DNA from: an uncultured bacterium
GTDB lineage: Bacteria > Verrucomicrobiota > Verrucomicrobiia > Verrucomicrobiales > V1-33
Length of the DNA: 64,000 nucleotides
Reading direction: 5' to 3'
Assembly: GCA_903936775.1 (NCBI GenBank)
Contig: CAIZWU010000099.1
Location: 3,043-67,042, forward strand
The notes beneath the pieces were generated by a model that ran no database searches, was not told the origin of the DNA, and saw only the letters and a list, made by a program, of their open reading frames with translations. Below, piece by piece: positions 54,401-58,540 of the stretch. Position 1 is the first letter of the stretch. The number at the start of each line of letters is the position of its first letter. Made by a program: the position numbers and the translations under genes.

Positions 54401-54905
54401 AATTCCGCCAGTCGTCCACGTTGCCATTCTGATTGATGATCTGGAGCGAGTGCCCTGCTCCATCGGCCGCCAGCGGCCAGTCGCCCCCGTCCCCATAGGT
54501 CAGGGTACTCTGCACGGCCCCGGCCGCATCCTTCAGCACGATCGTGTCCCCGGCATTATTCAGAGCACCGGTCCATGGCCCCATGATGCGCACCGTCGGC
54601 GGAATCGCAGGCCATGCCGCCCGCGTGGTCGCCTCATCGGCACTGCTCAGGATGAATCGTCCGTATTCATTCAGAAAATGGGCATTGGGACTGGCCGGCG
54701 CAAAAGCAGGGAACGCCCATGCTACCCCGTCACTCAAGGTCCAACTGGCCGTATCGGCCCGATTGCTCGTCAGATTGGTGATTTCGATATATTCCGGCTT
54801 TCCGGCCGGCGGATTGTACATCACCTCCGAGAAGATCACCTGCCCGGCTTGGAGAGGGGCTGTGAGAAAAAAGAGCGGGACGAGAAAAGAACGGTGAGCA
54901 CGCAC
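48450..54905 (-). CDS. Giant (2151-aa) secreted protein: five lamin-tail domains, CotH kinase-like core, PKD-like and LamG-like modules
   Basis: Signal peptide MRAHRSFLVPLFFLTAPLQA. LTD blocks EYIEITNLTS, GFVEFYNPTGAAVDLNGYYLSD, ADWVEIYNKGTGAQSLAGFYLSS, GEFIELYNQSGAAVNLEGWAFTD and VEFIELRNTGTQAIDLSGVSFG. CotH-like FIQQIVNGDAPRIGDEQEQTDSDFF and KNSYFYRRPNDGRFEFHHWDSDLAF. PKD-like LLLDATGSVDPEGLALSYLWSV. Ends in RRFYRVSAATQ. Confidence 0.85.
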   Translation of the reverse strand: MRAHRSFLVPLFFLTAPLQAGQVIFSEVMYNPPAGKPEYIEITNLTSNRADTASWTLSDGVAWAFPAFAPASPNAHFLNEYGRFILSSADEATTRAAWPAIPPTVRIMGPWTGALNNAGDTIVLKDAAGAVQSTLTYGDGGDWPLAADGAGHSLQIINQNGNVDDWRNWRASRYAGGTPGVAEPALAETLTANEKKLDLAVVDFSSAWKYWLDPADPDGAGPEGSWYGTAFNDSTWQGPSAGFFGHDPNNAALQAQRGTSFTTGYANSTITYYFRTTFNWTGAATGNTFGIDQWVDDGVVYYLNGQELKGANLGRVRMAAGIPTHTTLATGTPSGGDAIQEINLPNGTLGGQLVSGTNVLTAEVHQSTVSNDDIYFGARLRISAPAVGGTFVAGGVMINEVRPSTAVGVGFVEFYNPTGAAVDLNGYYLSDTEASLTKYKITVPTVVPAGGMAAVGFAESGLGITYPVPVILTQPDGLTRQAAFQSSLVVDGRSIGRKPDGGSTWVLFTEPSRGLSNVTAPAPTVALSEVHFAGTGRADWVEIYNKGTGAQSLAGFYLSSSPDLVGRVPLAGSLAAGGYVSVAVDFPTDAGGDLRLFLSDAANNILAATEVKRRVGLPSVQAWPAGENEWYATAADTRDAANNPVRETAVVITEIMAKPPSAHEEGEFIELYNQSGAAVNLEGWAFTDGISYDFPAGTTLAAGAWLVLAKDPAWMTANYPGLTGIKGPFNGSLRNNGEKLRLEDARGNLADLVDYKQGGQWPVGAGGEGSSLELLNPAMDNSQPSSWRASDETGKTTFQTFTHTGTYKELRGIGPGASTSRELLVNLVGDGHVLLRNIKLSKATAPTVNMIAKGDATSHSGTGVNNGSFGFLCTGTHCDSDTLPRVGATITGDPGFHLISQGTGDTKANLAQVDLTGLLPNDVLTLTFEGRWLYGMPLMVAQTWDRSFGKLFRFPVPNNLGTPGAANSRGIAAPAPEVDFMKHSPPVPTSTQPVVVSARVSSATPLGAVSLLQRLDSTNINAAWTTLAMNDGGTNGDVLAGDGIWSATVPARANAAITQFYIKAAAANGQENECPRQGATRPGMWIVANTVPSVLPGTLIQRNIISVYHRNALNASTGFSLAYDWNHPRMSNYGFNSTMIFNETEVLYNCELRRGGSPWTRTSANTLDRTRWKPPGDQLFRERTKSGVDNDSAGVSRFHNRIVRHMLYLFGYPVPDAEFIQQIVNGDAPRIGDEQEQTDSDFFDRAYADGSEGELFEIDDAWFMYDTNNMDDRLDAGSVTGRWELRDWNNSTPATPSDESPIFFHGNWPVRFPEERYDYAALSSMIKTAVNGNAAVTAAQEVSYRERMDRVLDADRAALYAAVRGYVGDWDNFTMNRGKNSYFYRRPNDGRFEFHHWDSDLAFQNTAEAFLGSAGGTGWTNLTARPWFKQKMNYYLSQLIDRYTISSSARMNAWLAAMNYQSANSNGLAPFKTNGFSYPTWFTNRRSPALSFITTTNYNRPFSISTAQGQTVTTPRFTIAGAASTKVAYVDIPGHPEAVFSWVPTSANNGLWTLTNVALTSGLNTLSVRSINGDGAVGGTLSFAVTLTGNAPPVASLVTNPGSGNVALGETLLLDATGSVDPEGLALSYLWSVSPATGAFLTQPEFGKATARFTVPGSYILTLQVVDAVSQITTVTREFSVFNTSGFASFTGGNPLGPEFNLTNLEERDNFSPSTWYSVEDTTGRLLIQVLDDSAKPLEAPAFTHPQVMRDLPDSTDFMLQSDFRPDTREFGNWRAGLLVQVNEGGTIVRYAFGLDAGVNLLVQRAALPSNYTTLSTTAVTGSGAALRIVRNGASLLFQRRNGTVWTTLFTQALPAGSVALDGGLFVSTSQATTVRIGFDYLLLADPTATNSLLNNLRITELHYFPAPGGVEFIELRNTGTQAIDLSGVSFGIGNPFSMAGTPELAYTFGNENLAPGGFICLTDNVTLFRSLYGLTPRLAPPWTRGSLSNTGEKIVLLDPTANAIHDFDYGVDIPWPQASRGTGPSMEVIDVNGDYNLPSNWRASAANGGTPGSEGGLDTDGDGATDAVEALFGTNPNSPGSLPAANLTANPGGDMTLTWPSVAGVIYRVQSCTPLTGWVTVQTLTGTGSWSFTPTPGEPRRFYRVSAATQ

Positions 54906-54954
54906 GGGTCGGAGAGGAAAGGAAGTGAATTAATTTAAACTTCTCAAAATCCAA

Positions 54955-54990
54955 GGAAAAAGGCAATCCTCCTTAGATTGCCATTTTTCC
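54955..54990 (-). terminator. Hairpin downstream of the decayed isomerase gene
   Basis: GGAAAAAGGCAATC / GATTGCCATTTTTCC (one extra base) with a 7-nt loop, in a low-GC spacer. On the - strand it is followed by ATTTTG. Confidence 0.4.
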
Positions 54991-55036
54991 TTCCCATTCT
55001 TCAAAAAACAGAACCCCTCACGTCCCAGCCGGCGCT

Positions 55037-56165
55037 TTAATTTCCAAGCAGATGTTTCTTCATCCGGAGCAAATCATCCGCAAGGCGGCCCCGATTCCCA
55101 CCGCCTGCTTCACTGGAGATTCACCCGTAATAATTGATATCGGCCAGTGCCTTCCGGGTGCCAGCCCAGTCCACCGAGCCCTCGCCGATATCGCAGAATC
55201 CCTCCTTCCGGCCATCCTCCACATCCTTGGCCAGCAGGTAGTCCTTGGTATCACACTTGATGATCCGGGTGCCCATGGCGCGGATCCACTCCGGCCCATA
55301 GCTGTATTTCCGGTGATTACTCAGGTCGAAGTAGCTCCCCACCCGGGTCGAATTGATCTCATCCACATCGCGGATGAATTCGCCCGGCGTCTGGTCCGCC
55401 GGGGCGTCGTCCCCATGCTGATAAACCTAAAAGGGAAAATGACGGGCCACAGCCGGAGCGCAGCGGGGACAGCCGAAGGCAATTAACACCGATGATACGG
55501 ATCATCACGGATTTACAGAAGACACGGAACCTCCCCTGCAAGATGAATCGGGAGTTCTTCATAAATCCGTGAATATCCGTCCGATCCGTGCCATCCGTGG
55601 CCCGTCAGCGTCCCCTATGGGATAAAGAAACCGGTTCCAAATATTCCCGATTCCGATCCTCACCCCCAGCTCCGCCGCCAGGGGGATCGCCTGCCGGATG
55701 CCGGCCACGCGGCGCTCCCACACCTGATGCTTGTTTTCGTTCTTCTGATCCCGCACCGCGCCCGGCACCAGGAGCAGGGTCGAGGCCCCGATGGCGCGGG
55801 TGTAGCGGATCCCCTCCAACAACTCCTCCACCGCCTTGGCCCGGGTGTCCGCGGTCGGATCGCTCAACCGGATCGACCAGTGGTCGCATTGACCACCCCT
55901 TGCGCCGGAAGACCAGTCGCCTCCTGCGCCGCCAGAATCTCCTTCGCCGGCAGCGTGAATTGTCTGTCCATCTCCACCCCGTCATCCCCGAGGTCCTTCA
56001 GCAACTTGAACTTGTCCGTCACCGAAAGCCATGGTTCCTTGATCATCCCGCACTTCACCGAAAACTGAAAACGCGGACGGGCGGCTGGGCAGAGGACAGC
56101 ACGGGAGTCAGGGAGGAGGCCGCCAGGGCGGCGGAACTGGGGTGGAGGAAAGCGCGGCGTTTCAT
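55037..56165 (-). pseudogene. Sugar phosphate isomerase/epimerase (xylose-isomerase-like TIM barrel, Tat-signal type), disrupted
   Basis: Family-typical pieces lie in three frames. The leader MKRRAFLHPSSAALAASSLTPVLSSA (ATG 56165) is in one frame. RFQFSVKCGMIKEPWLSVTDKFKLLKDLGDDGVEMD is in a second. HWSIRLSDPTADTRAKAVEELLEGIRYTRAIGASTLLLVPG ... GIGNIWNRFLY, then after the insert QHGDDAPADQTPGEFIRDVDEINSTRVGSYFDL ... INYYG, are in a third. An in-frame TGA at 55121-55123 is followed by ISSEAGGGNRGRLADDLLRMKKHLLGN and a TAA at 55037. Confidence 0.8.
55426..55621. mobile_element. MITE-like non-autonomous element (196 bp) with imperfect terminal inverted repeats and 5-bp ATAAA target-site duplication
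   Basis: ATAAA at 55421-55425 and at 55622-55626 flank the element. The ends CCTAAAAGGGAAAATGACGGGCCACAG and (reverse complement) CCCATAGGGGACGCTGACGGGCCACGG match at 20 of 27 positions, including a perfect 11-mer. Subterminal ATCCGT(G) repeats are present. No transposase ORF. Confidence 0.7.
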
Positions 56166-56331
56166 GGGGAAATAAAGTCAGGAAGCATCGGATGACGCGG
56201 CACTCTGGCGGAGTTCCGTCACCAAGGGAATGGAAATCCGGCCGGGAACCTTGCCAAGCGGCACGAATCCGGGTCCGGCCCGGCACCAGTCCGGTCACCC
56301 ACCCGGACCGGTCGGTTCCAGACCACCGCAA

Positions 56332-56361
56332 AAAACCGGCACCCGTCAGGATGCCGGTTTT
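56332..56361 (-). terminator. Rho-independent terminator after the 671-aa gene
   Basis: On the - strand: AAAACCGGCA-tcctgacggg-TGCCGGTTTT followed by TTGCGG, i.e. a GC-core stem plus U-tract, 45 nt downstream of the stop at 56406. Confidence 0.6.
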
Positions 56362-56405
56362 CCATAACCAACTGGACCCCGGAGCCGGGCGGCCCGGTGG
56401 GTTTG

Positions 56406-58421
56406 TTATTTCACCAACCGGTAGAACCGGCTCGGCACATCGCCCGTGGGCAGTTCCACGACATTCAGGAAGTCCATCACCACCGGGGCATCAGGCACGG
56501 CCTGCCAAACGTTGGTTCCTTTGGGATCAATGGATTGCAGATTCCAGTTTTGACCGGCGACCCACGAGAGACGGAGGTTACTGCCCTCACGGACTGCGGA
56601 GATGGGTGGTTTCGCGCCTCCCAGCAGATTTTGTCCACTTTTCTCCCCACAGGGACGGATCACCGCGTAGCGCACGCGGCTGAAAAAGATCTTCCCGCTC
56701 GCCGCAAACCGCGCCGCCGCCTGCGGCCCCTGGTTCACCCCCTCGAGCTTCACATTTCCCAGTTCCAGATACGACTCCACCCAGCGGTTGCTGCCCTGGA
56801 GCACGGTACCCAGGGAGGCAGGAGGAAACGCGAAGGTGATGGTGCCGTCCGGTTTTTCCGTGCGGTAGACTTCCGGCCGGAACGACTGGCCGGTGAGGGC
56901 CGGATCGTCAAAATACGTGACCGCGATGGCGAGCCGCAAATTCGGTTGGGAAGTCGGTCCGAGCCGCTGCTCTGTCAGGGAGAAATTCAGATATTGATGC
57001 GCTGACCCCGGAGTTCCGTCATTCCCGGCCGGGCGGATCGCAATGCGGCGGTCCTCCACGGGGCCGGCTTCCTCCTGAATCATTTCCTGATCGCCGCCGG
57101 AATTGCCGGGAGCAAGGCCTTCCAGGGTGCCGTTGGCGAGGTCCATTTCCACGTAATCGCCATACACGCCCTCACAGACTGCGGGATCGGTCTGGCAGTT
57201 CGCCAGGGGATCCTGGCCGGCCAGCGGATGGGTGCCCTCGCGCAGTATCGCCAGATCGACCCGCGAGACGTGCACCGGCTGGGAGAAAAAGAGCCGCGGT
57301 CCACCGGTGAAGGTCCCGGTGTTGATCCCGCGGAGATTCACCCCGCCGACCACCCACGAGCGCCGTTTCCACTGGCCGGTGCCCTCGAGCGCCTGATATT
57401 TGGCCACGGGGGCAAAGCCGACTCCATTGGTGGCATCGCTGGCATAGGCTTCCGGTCCGAAAACCGCGCCGGCCCGGGCCGGATCATCATAATATTCCAC
57501 ACAGATTTTCATGGGGTGTGGTTCATTGCACTTCAGCCCGAGATAATTGTCCATGATGCCAAAGTTCATCAGATTCCCCTCGGCGCGCAGGGCGGTGCGT
57601 TTATCTCCCGCCGGCCCGATGTTCTGTTCCATTTCCACGAGCTGATCACCGTCGTCCAGCATGACGAGCTTTTGCATGGTGGCTCCGTTGATATCCAGCC
57701 ACACCCGGTTCGTTTCCGGTTCCTCGGCGCAAACTTCAGAGGCGGCAAAAACGTTGACATCGGCCGGCTCACCAAAGGCGCCCTGCTGACCAAAAGCCAC
57801 CGCGCGCACGCCCAGCCCCGGGACATTCTCCAGACGGATGGTGCCGCCGTTAACCCCCCCGCGGGAGGAATCGCCTTGCACCCCTGGTGGCAGCGTACCG
57901 ATCAATCGGCCCCCGTCACCGCGCAGGTCGTTGTTGATGCGGAAGAGAATCCAGTTCCACCGGAAATTCTTGGCTTCCACCGGGGCCTGCCCGCCGTTGG
58001 GAGCAGCCAGGGCAGGCAGTGCTCCTATCAGAAAGTTGAAATCCCGCGGCTGACCGGTGGCATTGAGGACTCCCGCGTCCCCATAGATCTGCATCAGGAT
58101 GTCGATCACCGGTTCCTCCGCCCAGGCGGCATACTCCGTGTCGCCGAAATTCAGGTAATTGCCCGTCGCCCGCACCCCGTCCTGACCGGCCACGCTGAAG
58201 GCAGTGGTTTCCTGATCCCCACCGGACAGGATCGTCATCGAGGACGTGCTCCAGTTCGGCGCTCCGGCCGGAGCCGCCAAGGTGTCATTCACTACCTCGA
58301 AGTGGACCGTCTTGGTTTTATCAATGGTCGCCGGCCATGCCGCCGGATCAAAGGGCGCGACCTGGGCGACCAGCGGCCGGACGCTGAGCAGCAGAAAGAA
58401 AAGTATCTTCGAAATTCTCAT
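56406..58421 (-). CDS. Secreted hypothetical protein with three ~190-aa internal repeats and a C-terminal FYR-ending module
   Basis: Signal peptide MRISKILFFLLLSVRPLVAQ. Repeat cores VRATGNYLNFGD..IDILMQIYGD, LRAEGNLMNFG..ICVEYYDDPARAGAVFGPEAY and GSAHQYLNFS..IAVTYFDDPALTGQSFRPEVY. Ends in PSRFYRLVK. Confidence 0.75.
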   Translation of the reverse strand: MRISKILFFLLLSVRPLVAQVAPFDPAAWPATIDKTKTVHFEVVNDTLAAPAGAPNWSTSSMTILSGGDQETTAFSVAGQDGVRATGNYLNFGDTEYAAWAEEPVIDILMQIYGDAGVLNATGQPRDFNFLIGALPALAAPNGGQAPVEAKNFRWNWILFRINNDLRGDGGRLIGTLPPGVQGDSSRGGVNGGTIRLENVPGLGVRAVAFGQQGAFGEPADVNVFAASEVCAEEPETNRVWLDINGATMQKLVMLDDGDQLVEMEQNIGPAGDKRTALRAEGNLMNFGIMDNYLGLKCNEPHPMKICVEYYDDPARAGAVFGPEAYASDATNGVGFAPVAKYQALEGTGQWKRRSWVVGGVNLRGINTGTFTGGPRLFFSQPVHVSRVDLAILREGTHPLAGQDPLANCQTDPAVCEGVYGDYVEMDLANGTLEGLAPGNSGGDQEMIQEEAGPVEDRRIAIRPAGNDGTPGSAHQYLNFSLTEQRLGPTSQPNLRLAIAVTYFDDPALTGQSFRPEVYRTEKPDGTITFAFPPASLGTVLQGSNRWVESYLELGNVKLEGVNQGPQAAARFAASGKIFFSRVRYAVIRPCGEKSGQNLLGGAKPPISAVREGSNLRLSWVAGQNWNLQSIDPKGTNVWQAVPDAPVVMDFLNVVELPTGDVPSRFYRLVK

Positions 58422-58540
58422 GGTTTTTTAGCAGGGGTTATTGAGGCCAGCGCCGTGAGCACAGCTTAAGTGGCGGCCCTCCGTCAATAACAAACGATCC
58501 GGAATGAAAGAAACATTCCGATTCCGGGGAGGCCCCCATT

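Noticed and set aside
55121-55123. The in-frame TGA in the isomerase gene as possible selenocysteine or read-through recoding.
   Set aside because: The position corresponds to a conserved Trp (a TGG-to-TGA change) rather than Cys. No SECIS-like hairpin follows, and the gene has three other inactivating lesions.
55359-55562. A 67-aa ORF largely inside the MITE-like element, considered as a possible transposase or passenger gene.
   Set aside because: It is too short, shows no DDE or HTH features, and crosses the element/host junction. It is most likely fortuitous.
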